A DNA stretch of 64,000 nt from Allofranklinella schreckenbergeri (GCF_003703475.1 NZ_RDQM01000001.1:147044-211043), one strand, 5' to 3'; shown: positions 14,849 to 26,457, counted from the first letter of the stretch. Translations and numbers: made by a program. Notes: generated by a model from the letters alone, not told the origin.

Positions 14849-16531
14849 ATGCAAAACATCAAACAAGAACTATTGGCCGGACTGGCCAGCGTGCTCGAAA
14901 ACCTTTCCTCGGGCGCAGGCGCCAAAGCGGCCTTTGAGCTGCCGCGCCAAAGCGAACATGGCGATTGGGCCATTACCGCCGCCATGCAATTGGCCAAGCC
15001 CCTGAAGCAAAACCCGCGCGCCTTGGGCGAACAGATCAAGGCCGCTCTGGAGGCGCTGCCGCCCTACCAGCAATGGGTGGCTGCCATTGAGCTGGCAGGC
15101 CCGGGCTTTTTGAACCTGCGCCTCAAGCCCGAAGCCAAGCAACAAGTCGTGCGCGACGTTCTGCAAGCGGGCGCATCGTTTGGCTCCCAGCCCGCCCGCG
15201 CAGACAAGGTGATGGTGGAATTCGTCTCGGCCAATCCCACCGGCCCTCTGCACGTCGGTCATGGCCGCCAGGCGGCGCTGGGCGACGCCATTTGCAACCT
15301 GCTCGCCACACAGGGCTGGCAAGTGCACCGGGAGTTTTATTACAACGATGCCGGCGTGCAAATCGCCACCCTGGCTCAATCGGTGCAAGCGCGCGCCAAG
15401 GGCCTGAAGCCCGGCGATGCCGATTGGCCCGAGGCCGCCTACAACGGCGACTACATTGCCGACATCGCCCAGGACTTTCTGGATCGAAAAACCGTCCACG
15501 CCGATGACCGCGCCTTCACGGCCAGCGGCGACATGCAAGACCTGGACAACATCCGCCAGTTCGCCGTGGCCTATCTGCGCAACGAGCAGGACAAGGACTT
15601 GCAGGCCTTCCGCCTGAAATTCGACCACTACTACCTGGAAAGCAGCCTGTACGCCGACGGCCGCGTAGCACGCACCGTGCAGCGCCTGATCGACCAAGGC
15701 CACACCTACGAGGAAGGCGGCGCGCTGTGGCTGCGCACCACCGATTTCGGCGACGACAAAGACCGCGTCATGCGCAAGCAAGACGGCGGCTACACCTACT
15801 TCGTGCCCGACGTGGCCTACCACCAGGCCAAGTGGGAGCGCGGCTTTACCAAGGCCATCAACATCCAGGGCACCGACCACCACGGCACCATCGCCCGCGT
15901 GCGCGCCGGCCTGCAGGGGCTGGAGGCCGGCATCCCCAAAGGCTACCCCGACTACGTGCTGCACACCATGGTGCGCGTGGTGCGCGGCGGCGAGGAGGTC
16001 AAGATCAGCAAGCGCGCCGGCAGCTACGTCACGCTGCGCGACTTGATCGAGTGGACGAGTGCCGATGCCGTGCGCTTTTTCCTGCTCTCGCGCAAGCCCG
16101 ATACCGAATACACCTTCGATGTCGATCTGGCCGTACAGAAAAACAACGACAACCCCGTGTACTACGTGCAATACGCGCACGCGCGCATTTGCTCCGTGCT
16201 GGCCGCCTGGGCCGAGCAAGGCGGCGATGTGGCCACCCTCAAGGACGTGAGCCTGGCCGCGCTGGACACCCCCGCCGCCCAAGCCCTGCTGCTGCAACTG
16301 GCCAAATACCCCGACATGCTCAGCGCCGCAGCGCGCGACTTCGCCCCGCACGACGTCAGCTTCTACCTGCGCGATCTGGCCGCCAGCTACCACAGCTATT
16401 ACGACGCCGAGCGCATTTTGGTGGAAGACGAAGCGGTTAAACTGGCCCGGCTTGCGCTCATCGCAGCCACCGCCCAGGTGCTGCGCAACGGCTTGGCCGT
16501 GCTGGGCGTCTCGGCCCCCGAGCGCATGTAA
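14849..16531 (+). CDS. argS: Arginyl-tRNA synthetase
   Basis: Class I HIGH motif ([11 protein letters not shown]) and a collinear ArgS domain architecture. Confidence 0.95.
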   Translation: MQNIKQELLAGLASVLENLSSGAGAKAAFELPRQSEHGDWAITAAMQLAKPLKQNPRALGEQIKAALEALPPYQQWVAAIELAGPGFLNLRLKPEAKQQVVRDVLQAGASFGSQPARADKVMVEFVSANPTGPLHVGHGRQAALGDAICNLLATQGWQVHREFYYNDAGVQIATLAQSVQARAKGLKPGDADWPEAAYNGDYIADIAQDFLDRKTVHADDRAFTASGDMQDLDNIRQFAVAYLRNEQDKDLQAFRLKFDHYYLESSLYADGRVARTVQRLIDQGHTYEEGGALWLRTTDFGDDKDRVMRKQDGGYTYFVPDVAYHQAKWERGFTKAINIQGTDHHGTIARVRAGLQGLEAGIPKGYPDYVLHTMVRVVRGGEEVKISKRAGSYVTLRDLIEWTSADAVRFFLLSRKPDTEYTFDVDLAVQKNNDNPVYYVQYAHARICSVLAAWAEQGGDVATLKDVSLAALDTPAAQALLLQLAKYPDMLSAAARDFAPHDVSFYLRDLAASYHSYYDAERILVEDEAVKLARLALIAATAQVLRNGLAVLGVSAPERM

Positions 16532-16567
16532 CCCACGCCCCCGAGAGAGAACCCCCTTCACCTGACC

Positions 16568-17284
16568 ATGAACACCATGCGCCCCCCCAGCACCGCTCCA
16601 ACAGGCATCGGCAGGCAGCGCGGCGGCACCATCGCCGGCATCCTGATCGGGCTGACCATCGGCTTTGCCATCGCCATTGGTGTGGCGCTGTACATCTCGC
16701 GCATGCCCCTGCCCTTCATCAACACCAGCGCCAATACCCGGCCCTCGGCACTGGACTCGACCGAGCAAGAGCGCAATCGCACCTGGAACCCCAACGCCTC
16801 CCTGAGCAGCCGCACCGGCGCGGCATCCGCGCCTGCTGCCCCCGCGCCAAGCACGGCGCGCCCCAAGCGCCCGCCCGAGCCGGAAGCCCCGCCCGTCGAG
16901 CCAGAGCCCCCCTCCGAAGTCGTCGCCGTGGCGCCACCGCGCGCCACCCCGTCCGACCCGCTGGGCGAGCTGGCCGCCAAAGTCGGCAACCGCCCGGCGC
17001 CCACCGAGCCGACCCAAGCGCCTGCCGCCCCGCCCGCTTCGACTGACACCTACCAATACTTCGTGCAAGCGGGCGCCTACCGCTCGCGCGCCGACGCCGA
17101 CGCGCAACGCGCCCGTCTGGCGATGAACGGTTGGGACGCCCGCATCACCAGCCGCGAGCAACAAGGCCAAACCATTTACCGCGTGCGCGTAGGCCCCTTC
17201 GGCAAAAGCCAGGATGCCGCCAACATCAAACGGCAGTTTGACCTGCAAGGCTTTGACTCCGCCGTTGTGCGCCAATCGCGCTGA
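16568..17284 (+). CDS. SPOR domain-containing cell-division protein (FtsN/DedD-like)
   Basis: N-terminal TM segment, Pro/Ala-rich linker, C-terminal SPOR domain (YFVQAGAYRSRADADAQRARLAMNGWDARI..YRVRVGPF). The argS-SPOR pairing is conserved in Betaproteobacteria. Confidence 0.8.
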   Translation: MNTMRPPSTAPTGIGRQRGGTIAGILIGLTIGFAIAIGVALYISRMPLPFINTSANTRPSALDSTEQERNRTWNPNASLSSRTGAASAPAAPAPSTARPKRPPEPEAPPVEPEPPSEVVAVAPPRATPSDPLGELAAKVGNRPAPTEPTQAPAAPPASTDTYQYFVQAGAYRSRADADAQRARLAMNGWDARITSREQQGQTIYRVRVGPFGKSQDAANIKRQFDLQGFDSAVVRQSR

Positions 17285-17379
17285 GCGCCTCGGCCCCCAG
17301 GCGCTACGCAATCCGGCGATGGTTTTACGCTGAGGTTTTGAAATTCGGTCGTCTTTTCTCAACCTGAAAGGAGCACTTC

Positions 17380-17763
17380 ATGACTGCCATCCGTCACGTT
17401 TTTGCCGCTGCAAGCGCCGTATGCGCCTTCGCGTTCGCCGCTGGCCTGCCCTTGGCCCAGGCCCAGGCCCAAGCTCAAAACAGACATGCAGCCAGCGCCT
17501 ATGCCGTCTGTGAAGACGGGCAGCAAGACCGCGCCGCCTGCCGCCGCGAAATCGGCGCTGTGCGCCAGCGCGCTCCGCAAGACCCCGCCTCCGCCGACTT
17601 CCAGCAAAACGCCCTGCGCCGCTGCCAGGCCCACGGCCACCACAGCGAAGCCCGCCAGGCCTGCGAGGAGCGCGTGCGCCGTGGCCAGCACACCCATATG
17701 CACGGCAGCGTCATGGGCGGGGGCGTGCTGTATGAGCACCAATCCGGCCCTGGCGCGCAGTAA
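17380..17763 (+). CDS. Small secreted hypothetical protein (signal peptide, 4 Cys)
   Basis: Strong RBS (gaaaggag). N-terminal signal peptide ending AQAQAQA. No recognisable domain. Confidence 0.5.
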   Translation: MTAIRHVFAAASAVCAFAFAAGLPLAQAQAQAQNRHAASAYAVCEDGQQDRAACRREIGAVRQRAPQDPASADFQQNALRRCQAHGHHSEARQACEERVRRGQHTHMHGSVMGGGVLYEHQSGPGAQ

Positions 17764-17843
17764 ACGCCTGCTCAAAGGCCCTTAGCGGTTTTGGTGTTCC
17801 GCGCCGTCGTGCAATGCATTGCCCAAGCGCATCCCAACCAATC

Positions 17844-17869
17844 GGCAGGCCCGCAAAAAGCGGCCTGCC
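17844..17869. other. GC-rich hairpin GGCAGGCCCGC-aaaaa-GCGGCCTGCC (possible terminator or attenuator; no T-run)
   Basis: Perfect 11-bp inverted repeat in the intergenic region. Confidence 0.35.
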
Positions 17870-18005
17870 CCTGCGCCGGGCAGAATGCGCGCGGCGCTTC
17901 TCCCTTTCCTTATTTCGTTTCCCCATTTCCTTTCCCCACGCCTGAACGGCTGGCCGCCTGCGCTGGCCCTGCCGTTTCAGCCCCTCTCCTGCATGGATTT
18001 GTCAC

Positions 18006-18197
18006 GTGATCGACTCCAAACTCCTTGAACTGTTGGTCTGCCCCGTCACCAAAGGCAGCCTGCGCTACGACCGCGAGCGCCAAGAGCTGATCTCCCTCAG
18101 CGCCCGCCTGGCCTATCCCATCCGCGACGGCATCCCCATCCTGCTGGAAAACGAAGCCCGCCCGCTGGAGGAGCGGGAGTTGGAGCAGCAGACTTGA
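18006..18197 (+). CDS. ycaR: Trm112-family protein (YcaR/UPF0434)
   Basis: [26 protein letters not shown] matches the Trm112/YcaR family. GTG start. Typical position upstream of kdsB. Confidence 0.85.
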   Translation: MIDSKLLELLVCPVTKGSLRYDRERQELISLSARLAYPIRDGIPILLENEARPLEERELEQQT

Positions 18198-18227
18198 ATC
18201 CCTTACCCCGCCTCAACGAAAAGCACA

Positions 18228-18308
18228 TTATTTACAAATCAAAAAGAAACAAAATATCCTTTTTTCGGCATAATTCGAATCAAATCAATTTTCCAATTGA
18301 TCGATAAG
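18228..18308. repeat. AT-rich palindromic intergenic repeat, copy D
   Basis: atttacaaatcaaaaagaaacaaaat .. ttttttcggcat .. atcaaatcaattttccaattgat. Confidence 0.6.
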
Positions 18309-18324
18309 TAAACACACCCACCCC

Positions 18325-19101
18325 ATGCCCTTTACGGTTCTCATCCCCGCCCGCATGGCTTCTGGCCGCCTGCCGGACAAACCCCTGGCCGACATCGGCG
18401 GCCTGCCCATGGTGGTGCGCGTGGCGCGCCAGGCCCAGCAAAGCCAGGCGCAAACCGTCGTTGTCGCCGCCGATGACGAGCGCATCGCGCGCGCCTGTGC
18501 GCACTACGACATCGCCTGCGTGATGACCCGGCCAGAGCATCCCAGCGGCAGCGATCGCCTGGCCGAAGCCGTCGACATCCTGGGCCTGGACGACCAAGCC
18601 CTGGTGGTCAACGTGCAAGGCGATGAGCCATTCATCCCGCCCGCGCTGATTGACGCGACGGCGCACGCGCTGGCCACCCACGCCCACGCCGTCATGGGCA
18701 CTGCCGCCCACCCCATTGAGCGGCTGGAGGAGTTCACCAGCCCGCACGTCGTCAAACTCGTGCTCAACGGCCAAGGCGATGCGCAGTATTTCAGCCGCGC
18801 GCCCATCCCCTGCTACCGCGACGCGCAGCAGGGCAACTGGTGGCAAGGCGAGGACGTGCAGCCGCTGCACCGCCCCCTGCGCCACATCGGCATTTACAGC
18901 TACCGCGCGGGCTTTTTGCGCCGTTTTCCCACGCTGGCCGCCGCCCCGACCGAGCGCACCGAATCGCTGGAGCAACTCAGAGCGCTCTGGCACGGCTACC
19001 GCATTGCCGTGCATCTTGCGCAGCAAGCGCCCCCGGCCGGGGTAGATACCCCGGAAGATTTGCAGCGGGCACGCCAATGGGCGGCCACGCGCTCGCCTTG
19101 A
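18325..19101 (+). CDS. kdsB: 3-deoxy-manno-octulosonate cytidylyltransferase (CMP-KDO synthetase)
   Basis: [25 protein letters not shown] motifs. 258 aa. Confidence 0.93.
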   Translation: MPFTVLIPARMASGRLPDKPLADIGGLPMVVRVARQAQQSQAQTVVVAADDERIARACAHYDIACVMTRPEHPSGSDRLAEAVDILGLDDQALVVNVQGDEPFIPPALIDATAHALATHAHAVMGTAAHPIERLEEFTSPHVVKLVLNGQGDAQYFSRAPIPCYRDAQQGNWWQGEDVQPLHRPLRHIGIYSYRAGFLRRFPTLAAAPTERTESLEQLRALWHGYRIAVHLAQQAPPAGVDTPEDLQRARQWAATRSP

Positions 19102-19117
19102 AGGCTTTGGTTGGCAT

Positions 19118-19196
19118 ATTTACCAACCAAAGACAAGAAAATACCCCTACTTCGGCAATCCTCTATTCAATACGAATTTTCTTTGAAATGGAATTA
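19118..19196. repeat. AT-rich palindromic intergenic repeat, copy E (with an extra CTTTGGTTGG/CCAACCAAAG hairpin)
   Basis: ccaaccaaagacaagaaaatacccc .. ttcggcaa .. ttttctttgaaatgg. Confidence 0.55.
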
Positions 19197-19667
19197 TTCG
19201 CGATGATAGGGATGATTCATCAGCAGCGACCAGGCGCGGTAAAGCTGCTCGGCCAGCAGCACGCGCACCAGCGGATGGGGCAAGGTCAAATCCGATAGCC
19301 GCAAGCGCTCATGCGCCTGATCACGCAACGCGCCATCGAGCCCATCAGGCCCGCCGATCAGAAACACCACATCGCTGCCCCGCTCGCGCCAGCCGCGCAG
19401 GCGCTGGGCCAACTGCATGCTCGTGCCCTGCTGGCCACGCTCATCCAGCGCCACCACATGCGCTTGCGGCGGAATCTGCGCCTGCATGCGCTGCGCTTCC
19501 GCAGCCATCATTTGCTGCGCCGTTTTACCGCTGGTGCGCGGTTCGGCTTTGACGGCGCGCAACTCCAGCCGCATATCGGGCGGAAAGCGCTTGGCGTAAT
19601 CTTCATACCCCGCCTGCGCCCAGGCAGGCATCTTTTGCCCCACGGCCACAATCATCAGTTTTCGCAT
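19194..19667 (-). CDS. rlmH: 23S rRNA (pseudouridine1915-N3)-methyltransferase
   Basis: Collinear with E. coli RlmH/YbeA ([51 protein letters not shown]). The start could be the MRKLMIV or the MKLMIV ATG. Confidence 0.88.
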   Translation of the reverse strand: MRKLMIVAVGQKMPAWAQAGYEDYAKRFPPDMRLELRAVKAEPRTSGKTAQQMMAAEAQRMQAQIPPQAHVVALDERGQQGTSMQLAQRLRGWRERGSDVVFLIGGPDGLDGALRDQAHERLRLSDLTLPHPLVRVLLAEQLYRAWSLLMNHPYHRE

Positions 19668-19787
19668 GGGCGGCGATGGTACAAGCTCCCCAAGCAGCAA
19701 AAGCCCACACCCCAAACCGTCCGTTTGTCAGGTTTTTGCCTGGCGCGCGACTGATGCAGTCATCCATCGACTGCAAAGGAGAAAACC

Positions 19788-21401
19788 ATGCCCTTATCAA
19801 CGATACGCCAGCGTGGCTGGCTGGCGCTATGGATTGCGGCCTGCGCACTGGCCATCGCTGCGCTGCTGCACTGGATCCCGCCCGCACGCGCCGACAAGCC
19901 CGCCGCCCTGTCGGCCACCCAACCCGCCCCGGCCTGGGCCATGCTGGCCGCACTCAAAGACGTGCACGGCCAAGACGCCCGCACGCATCTGCACGCCGAC
20001 CGCCCCACGCTGGTCAAATTCTGGGCCAGTTGGTGCCCCCTGTGCCTGGCTGAACTGCAACAAACCAACGATTGGGCGCGTGAGCAGACGCTGGGCCGCG
20101 TCAACCTCGTCAGCCTGGCCTCGCCCGGCCATTTGGGTGAGAAAGCCAGCGGCGCTTTCGAGCATTGGTATGCCCGCCTGAACTACCCCGCCCTGCCCGT
20201 GCTGCTCGATCATGGCGGCCGTATCGGGCAGATGCTGCAAATTCGCGGCTATCCATCCTGGGCGCTGTTCGACGCCAACGGGCAGCTCGTGCGCACCATC
20301 AGCGGCAGCCTGGAGGCCGCCCAACTGCAAGCCCTGCTGGCCAATCCAGCCGCCCCACTTTCTTCATCCACCCCATCGTCCCCCCCTACATCAAAGGAGA
20401 CTCCCAGCATGAACCCCAAAACCATTTACCTGGCCGGCGGCTGCTTCTGGGGCCTGGAAGCGTACTTCCAGCGCGTGCCCGGCGTGATCGATGCCGTTTC
20501 CGGCTACGCCAATGGCAAGACCGACAAACCCAGCTATGAGGACGTGATCTACCGCGGCACCGGCCACGCCGAAACCGTCCGTGTGGATTACGACGCCGCT
20601 CGCCTCAGCCTGGAGGACGTGCTGGAGTACTACTTCCGCGTGATCGACCCCACCAGCCTGAACCAGCAAGGCAACGACCGCGGCACGCAATACCGCACCG
20701 GCATTTACTACACCGACCCCGCCGAACAACCCGTGATTGCCGCCGCCCTCGCCGCCGAGCAGAAACAATACGGCCAACCCTTGGTAGTAGAAAACCTGCC
20801 GCTGCGCCAATTCCACCCCGCCGAGGACTACCACCAGGACTACCTGCTGAAAAACCCCGGCGGCTATTGCCACATCGACATCCGCAAAGCCGATGAACCT
20901 TTGCGCGGGCGACGCCAGGAGCCATCGCAGCCCCCCGCTGCCGCTTTCGATGCCGCCAGCTGGCGCAAGCCCGACGATGCGACGCTGCGCAGCCAGCTCA
21001 CCGCCGAGCAATACCGCATCACCCAGCAAAGCGGCACCGAGCGCGCCTTCAGCCACGCCTACGACCATTTGTTCGAGCCGGGCATTTACGTGGACGTCGT
21101 CAGCGGCGAGCCGCTGTTCAGCTCAGCCGACAAATACGACTCCGGCTGCGGCTGGCCCAGCTTCACCCGCCCCATCGAAGCCATCGCCGTGACCGAGCAT
21201 GAAGACTTGAGCTACAACATGCGCCGCGTCGAAGTGCGCAGCCGCGCCGCTCATTCGCACCTGGGCCACGTCTTCCCCGACGGCCCGCGCGACAAAGGCG
21301 GCCTGCGCTACTGCATCAACGGCGCCAGCTTGCGCTTCATCCCCCTCGATCAAATGGATGCGCAGGGCTATGGCGCTTACAAAGCGCAAGTGCTGCGTTA
21401 A
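19788..21401 (+). CDS. msrAB: Trifunctional thioredoxin-like / methionine sulfoxide reductase A / methionine sulfoxide reductase B (Neisseria PilB/MsrAB-type)
   Basis: Signal peptide or anchor; Trx-fold WCPLC; MsrA GCFWG motif; MsrB CGWPSF and RYCINGASL motifs, all in one 537-aa ORF. Good RBS (aaaggagaaaacc). Confidence 0.9.
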   Translation: MPLSTIRQRGWLALWIAACALAIAALLHWIPPARADKPAALSATQPAPAWAMLAALKDVHGQDARTHLHADRPTLVKFWASWCPLCLAELQQTNDWAREQTLGRVNLVSLASPGHLGEKASGAFEHWYARLNYPALPVLLDHGGRIGQMLQIRGYPSWALFDANGQLVRTISGSLEAAQLQALLANPAAPLSSSTPSSPPTSKETPSMNPKTIYLAGGCFWGLEAYFQRVPGVIDAVSGYANGKTDKPSYEDVIYRGTGHAETVRVDYDAARLSLEDVLEYYFRVIDPTSLNQQGNDRGTQYRTGIYYTDPAEQPVIAAALAAEQKQYGQPLVVENLPLRQFHPAEDYHQDYLLKNPGGYCHIDIRKADEPLRGRRQEPSQPPAAAFDAASWRKPDDATLRSQLTAEQYRITQQSGTERAFSHAYDHLFEPGIYVDVVSGEPLFSSADKYDSGCGWPSFTRPIEAIAVTEHEDLSYNMRRVEVRSRAAHSHLGHVFPDGPRDKGGLRYCINGASLRFIPLDQMDAQGYGAYKAQVLR

Positions 21402-21448
21402 ACGCCAGCGGGCCAGCGCCGCACAAGCGATGGCCCGCCACCCCCTTT

Positions 21449-21522
21449 TATTTCAATCAAAGGAAATCAATCATCAATAAATACATGCCAAAACACCGGC
21501 ATTTTTTTGCTTTTGATTGAAA
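21449..21522. repeat. AT-rich palindromic intergenic repeat, copy F
   Basis: caatcaaaggaaatcaatcatc .. catgccaaaacaccggcat .. ttttttgcttttgattg. Confidence 0.6.
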
Positions 21523-21526
21523 AGAA

Positions 21527-21561
21527 AGAGGCTCCTTGTCACCAAGGAGCCTCTTTATTTT
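21527..21561. terminator. Bidirectional rho-independent terminator (AGAGGCTCCTTG-tcac-CAAGGAGCCTCT, T-rich on both flanks)
   Basis: 12-bp perfect stem with ctttc upstream and TTATTTT downstream. Lies between convergent msrAB (+) and pilE (-). Confidence 0.8.
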
Positions 21562-21629
21562 CAGGGCCCGATCACGAGCTCAACAAGGCCAGCAAGCAAG
21601 GCGCTTGACCATAACCTGCCGCAGCCCCA

Positions 21630-22034
21630 TCACCGGCCCCAACAATCGCCAATGATGCTGCCCGTAGTGACCCCATTGGCGCCGCGCAAGCCCGTATTGG
21701 TCAGGGTATAGGCGCCGCACTTATCACCTGACTGGCTGCCCTGCGGGGTTGCGGTCAATGTGAACGTCGCCCCATCCGATTGCAACGCAATGGTGTAGCG
21801 CCCATTGGGCACCGTCGTCAAACCGGACGGGAATTGATTGGTCAGTGGATACGTGCCCTGCGCCGTGGCCGCGCGCTCCAGCCACTGCGCGCCTTGCAGC
21901 AAGGCCGAGCGGGCTTCAGCACGATGCCCCCGGCGCACGAACTCCTGATAGCTAGGGTACGCGATTGCCGCAAGAATGGCCACGATCACCACCGTAATCA
22001 TGACTTCGATCAAGGTAAACCCTTGGGCGCGCAT
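21630..22034 (-). CDS. pilE: Type IV pilin-like protein (PilE/minor pilin) with prepilin leader
   Basis: Classic G|FTLIEVMI prepilin cleavage site and N-methylation motif. The last gene of the minor-pilin operon, as in Pseudomonas fimU-pilVWXY1E. Start refined to MRAQGFTLIE. Confidence 0.8.
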   Translation of the reverse strand: MRAQGFTLIEVMITVVIVAILAAIAYPSYQEFVRRGHRAEARSALLQGAQWLERAATAQGTYPLTNQFPSGLTTVPNGRYTIALQSDGATFTLTATPQGSQSGDKCGAYTLTNTGLRGANGVTTGSIIGDCWGR

Positions 22035-22102
22035 CGCCGCAAACTGACGCGAAGCGTGCGCGGGAGTATGTGTCAATACCATGCAGATCTCCTTGGCTTG
22101 GA

Positions 22103-25100
22103 TTATTGAAGCTGGCGCCAGCTAGGACGCATCGCCTGAATGGGCATCAAGGCCAGCTTGTTGTCCTTGGTCTTGCCGCTGCCAGAGCTGGTCACCACGG
22201 TGCGGTCGCCTGACTTGATGGATGTCATGCTGTCTGGCAGCAAAGACATGCGCGAAACGCCACGATCATCCCCGTTATACAGGCCATCGCCATTCAAATC
22301 CATCAGCTGCACAGAAGGCGGCTTGCCCGTCATGATGTTCAGCATGGTCATGTAGCGCTTGCCCGCCTCGGGCACGGCCGAGCAGGTTTCATCCTCCAAA
22401 TCGCCCGAGCCGCGCGCAGGCACCTGGGAGTTCACCGTCAGGATATTGCTTCCATCGTAAAAACCCATGGTCTGCAACAAACGCTCACCGCTTGCGGGCA
22501 AGTTGAGGAACCAACCCTTCGTATTGGCATCGCTCCAGTCCACTGCGTTGCCGCTGGTAGCCCAAAAATCGGTGCCCGCACTTTCGCCAGAGCCGCCCTC
22601 TGTCGTGCTGCTGACCGTCTGGGAGACCAGGCTGGTTGAAGCGGACAGGGCCTGCGGCGCGGCAATACCATCTGCGTCGCTTCCTGGATGCACTTGCAAC
22701 AAGGTCTTGGCTGTATTGCGGAACTTGTATCGCGTGTTATCCAACACCGAGTAAATCGCCTGCGTATCCGTGGTCGAGCGATCAGGCATCGTCACGTTAC
22801 GCCCCGTTCCAAACGCCACCATCATGCCCCTGCCCGCCGGGTGGGCGCGCACGGTCGGCGCCACGGTAATGGGCTGGCGCACGCAAGAGGATGGGCTGAC
22901 CTGACCACTATTGGAGCGGCGGCATGCCGTGAACAACGGCTGACCGCCAAAGGCGACACCCCAGTCGCTTGGCGAACTGCTGGAGACATCGAACTTCCAC
23001 AGATTGCCTTTGAGGTCACCCGCGTAAATGACATCGGGCCTGTCGTCACCATTGATATCCACCAGGCGCGGGGCGGACAAGCCGTTCTCGCTCTTGTTCT
23101 CACCCGAGGTGGTAGCTGCCGTGATGGCCTCGATCTTGCGTACGCTCTTGTCGCCATCCAGGTACTGGATGTAAAGCACCGGCTGCTCATTGGCGCTGTT
23201 ATACCCATTGCCCAGCACCACCGCCCAGCGGCCGTTATTCATTTGCGCCACTTGCGCTGCGCGCATGGGATAGGTTTCATGCGGCACTGGCGCGCCGAAA
23301 ATGTGACCTAAGTCGGGATCCAGACCCACAGGATCGGGTGCGCCAGTCAGGCTGCGCGGGATCTGCGTTTTGTCCATCATCACCAGGCTGCTGGCGTTGC
23401 TGGCCGAGAAGTTGTCGGGATTGGTCACATCCAGCACAAAGTAGCCGCGCCCACCTGCGCCCAAAGTGCCTACCAGCACGGTTTTCCAGTTGCCATCAAT
23501 TTCAGCATCGCCAGCGAATGGCGAGCCATCGACGTAGAACTTGTGCCCATAGGTAGGCAGCGTCAGCTCACGCAAGCCCGGGATAACGCCCTTGGGGACG
23601 TAAGCAATCCGCTCTTGGCCGTTATGCGCAGAAAATCCGTGCAACATGCCGTCGTTACCGCCCACGTAAATCATGGCATCTTCAGCGTCTTGACGGGTGG
23701 TGTTGGCAAAGCGCAAGTAATCCTCTACGCCATAACCACTGGCGGGCTTTCCAACATACCAAATACTGGAGTTCACAATATCGCCCTGGCGCGATTGGCG
23801 CACACGGAAGTCAGCATTTACCCCTTCAAGCAATCGACTCCCACGCAAAAAATTAACGCGGTTTTCCCCTTCAGGATCAGCCAAGTTACCGGATAACGCC
23901 GAACGTTGAGCATTACTCAATGGGTACGTATTTCCGATACTCCAGATAAACGGCACTCCCACCCCCGTCGCATCATTGGTGGTGAGAATCACTCGATTAG
24001 CAATAGCCCCCTCCGCCAATTCATCTAATATGTCTGCGGTATTCTTAGGATTACTTCCATTCATCCCCCAAGAGCCATTGGGGTTTCGACGCCCCTCTGT
24101 ATCCATAACCCAAGACTCAACATGCCCCCTCCATGCTCTTGCTGAATCGAAGGTGGAAGTAAATAAACCGACATCGGTATAAACATTATTACTACCACTA
24201 GCTGCAATGGCAGTCGTCCCTGGCTGAGTATCCGCGCTAATACGTTTGAAAATTTCTGTAAAAGCTGCCGTCAAACGTTCCCCACTATCAACGGGATAGA
24301 ACTTTCCTCGGCTATTCAAGGCCATATGCCATAAATCCGAAGGCCGAGTCGCAGACCTGTCTCCTGGCTGATTGACCTCCAGATTAGGCCAGCTCTGGTT
24401 GGTCGTATACAGCCGTTCGAAGTCCCCTGCGTAGTTATCAGCCAATACAGTAGGACCGGCTGTGACCCAAGATTGATCAAATTGTGGGAACGGTCTCCAC
24501 GCATAGGCTGATGCACTATAGCCAATAGAAAATGTCGTCAAATGTTGCCAAGTAGCCGGATTGAAGCGCGGGTTCCAAAATTTTGGAACTGTCACGCTGC
24601 CCACAATTGTGGTGTTAGGAGCATTGAGATAGTCAGGCAAAAGCGAAACTTCATTCGGGATGTCTTCCTGCAAGTCAGTCACCCAGCTCTTGAATGCCCA
24701 ATCAGCCAACGTCCCCGACTCTATCCCACGGAATACCTTGGCATAACCTGCATTAGGATTGTACGATTCACCACTCCCCCCAACATTCCCGATGCTATCT
24801 TGATCCAGGTTTCCATGAGGTAACATGGCCCTAGTTTGGCTATTCCAAGAGCCATCCGTCAAAAAAATATGATAAGCACGGCGACACCCCAAGTAAGGCT
24901 TTTCAGTTACACCGGGATCTTTAGCCCATGGGCTATTTTTTCCAGCTCCGCTAGACATGTAATCATGGGCCTGCTGCATCATCCGATGCGAAGGCGTTCC
25001 ATTAGTAGGCCTGAGAGAGTTAAGGTAGGCTTGAAAAGTGCTGCGATGAGCTCCTTCAAACAACCTCATGGAGTTTCTAGCCCCCTGCGTCAAGTTTCTA

Positions 25101-25618
25101 GCATCAAAAATTTCGCGATTATTATGCATTGACTGCCACGCCAACCGTATGGAACCATCCGTCACCACATTATCCATGGCTGTCGCCAATGAATGCTTCA
25201 GCGTGCGCATGCGTGACTGACCGGGATCTGCCTTGAAAAACCTCTGCGATCCCTGATCAGAAAAAGTGTACAGTTTGAACTGCCCCCAGCCACCAACTTG
25301 ATTCCTAGTAGCATAACCGCCAGACCACAATTCATAACGACATTGAGCCTCGCCCGCATTATTCCGAATATAAACCTCTCCATTACGAACAATCCCCCCT
25401 CCATAAATCGGAATAGAGTCAGGAGTACGACAGCCATCAATATCCCATGACATGCTCCCAGAATTATCCAGAGACAAAATAACATTAGGCTTCGGCGGTT
25501 TATATCCAGTTCCTGGCGGCGTATCTGCCAACTCCAAAGGCGCAGCCATAACTTGCGTGGCCCCAGCTACAGCCAGAAGAGCAAGAACAGCTTGATAAAG
25601 GGCGGATTTTTTAAACAT
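22103..25618 (-). CDS. pilY1: Type IV pilus tip-associated adhesin PilY1/PilC family (N-terminal vWA-like domain, C-terminal beta-propeller)
   Basis: 1171 aa with signal peptide. DNSGSMSW MIDAS-like motif. Size and position between pilX and pilE match PilY1. Confidence 0.8.
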   Translation of the reverse strand: MFKKSALYQAVLALLAVAGATQVMAAPLELADTPPGTGYKPPKPNVILSLDNSGSMSWDIDGCRTPDSIPIYGGGIVRNGEVYIRNNAGEAQCRYELWSGGYATRNQVGGWGQFKLYTFSDQGSQRFFKADPGQSRMRTLKHSLATAMDNVVTDGSIRLAWQSMHNNREIFDARNLTQGARNSMRLFEGAHRSTFQAYLNSLRPTNGTPSHRMMQQAHDYMSSGAGKNSPWAKDPGVTEKPYLGCRRAYHIFLTDGSWNSQTRAMLPHGNLDQDSIGNVGGSGESYNPNAGYAKVFRGIESGTLADWAFKSWVTDLQEDIPNEVSLLPDYLNAPNTTIVGSVTVPKFWNPRFNPATWQHLTTFSIGYSASAYAWRPFPQFDQSWVTAGPTVLADNYAGDFERLYTTNQSWPNLEVNQPGDRSATRPSDLWHMALNSRGKFYPVDSGERLTAAFTEIFKRISADTQPGTTAIAASGSNNVYTDVGLFTSTFDSARAWRGHVESWVMDTEGRRNPNGSWGMNGSNPKNTADILDELAEGAIANRVILTTNDATGVGVPFIWSIGNTYPLSNAQRSALSGNLADPEGENRVNFLRGSRLLEGVNADFRVRQSRQGDIVNSSIWYVGKPASGYGVEDYLRFANTTRQDAEDAMIYVGGNDGMLHGFSAHNGQERIAYVPKGVIPGLRELTLPTYGHKFYVDGSPFAGDAEIDGNWKTVLVGTLGAGGRGYFVLDVTNPDNFSASNASSLVMMDKTQIPRSLTGAPDPVGLDPDLGHIFGAPVPHETYPMRAAQVAQMNNGRWAVVLGNGYNSANEQPVLYIQYLDGDKSVRKIEAITAATTSGENKSENGLSAPRLVDINGDDRPDVIYAGDLKGNLWKFDVSSSSPSDWGVAFGGQPLFTACRRSNSGQVSPSSCVRQPITVAPTVRAHPAGRGMMVAFGTGRNVTMPDRSTTDTQAIYSVLDNTRYKFRNTAKTLLQVHPGSDADGIAAPQALSASTSLVSQTVSSTTEGGSGESAGTDFWATSGNAVDWSDANTKGWFLNLPASGERLLQTMGFYDGSNILTVNSQVPARGSGDLEDETCSAVPEAGKRYMTMLNIMTGKPPSVQLMDLNGDGLYNGDDRGVSRMSLLPDSMTSIKSGDRTVVTSSGSGKTKDNKLALMPIQAMRPSWRQLQ

Positions 25619-25641
25619 GGGAGTCCTCCTCGTACATCATC

Positions 25642-26418
25642 TCAGTCTTTGAGTTTTTGGGGCACAAAGGTTTGTTGCAAAACAACACGCGTGCCATCCT
25701 TGCGGCCATAAGCAATAGCCGTCACACGATAAACCACCAGCGGGTCAACGCTCAAGGGCAAAAGGTCTGTGGCGCCGCCCACAATCAGCCCCGTGCTTTG
25801 CGCCGTATCCGAATAGGGCAACACCTCAATCCAATACCAGGCGCCAATATTGCCATCACCTGTCTGGTTAAGAATCGCGCTACCACTTGAGCCCAATTCA
25901 TCCGTATTGGATCCACTCGCAGCACCGGTGTATTGACCATAACGCGCACCCACATTGGCTCGCTGCATGGCATTCAACAAAGTTGCATTATTCCAAAAAT
26001 CCTGACCAGGATTATTTATATCAGCGCCACGTTTGGTGCATAAAGCATGGCGACATTTGGTGAGATTCACCGCATTAAGCTGCGCCAAAAGCGGCGTGAT
26101 CTCTTCCGCACCCTGGGGAAAATACAAGGTATTGATCGCCCGGCAGCGGCTAGGGTTGCCTGCGCTTTTCACGCAAACAGTTCCATTAGGCCCTTGGCGC
26201 AAAATATCCAGCTCTGCATCCTGCAACATGGCTTGGGCGGCTGAAAATGCACGCTGGTAATCGGCGTCATTGCTAATAACCATTTGATTGAACAGCGCCG
26301 AGCGCGAAGCCCACAACGCCAAAAGCATGCCCAGCAAAACCATCACCAATACGATGAACAATGCAACGCCGCGCTGGCGCGCTGCCGGGGGTGAATAAGG
26401 GGTGTAATGCGTAATCAT
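25642..26418 (-). CDS. pilX: Type IV pilus minor pilin PilX
   Basis: Hydrophobic N-terminal segment (GVALFIVLVMVLLGMLLALW) typical of PilX; operon position. Confidence 0.7.
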   Translation of the reverse strand: MITHYTPYSPPAARQRGVALFIVLVMVLLGMLLALWASRSALFNQMVISNDADYQRAFSAAQAMLQDAELDILRQGPNGTVCVKSAGNPSRCRAINTLYFPQGAEEITPLLAQLNAVNLTKCRHALCTKRGADINNPGQDFWNNATLLNAMQRANVGARYGQYTGAASGSNTDELGSSGSAILNQTGDGNIGAWYWIEVLPYSDTAQSTGLIVGGATDLLPLSVDPLVVYRVTAIAYGRKDGTRVVLQQTFVPQKLKD

Positions 26419-26457
26419 GGCTACGACGATTGAAATGGTTTGAACCCAGTGCTGTTA

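Noticed and set aside
19603-19953. Possible rsfS/ybeB upstream of rlmH (116-aa minus ORF)
   Set aside because: The translation (Arg/Pro/Ala/Trp-rich) has no RsfS motifs and overlaps the well-supported msrAB start region.
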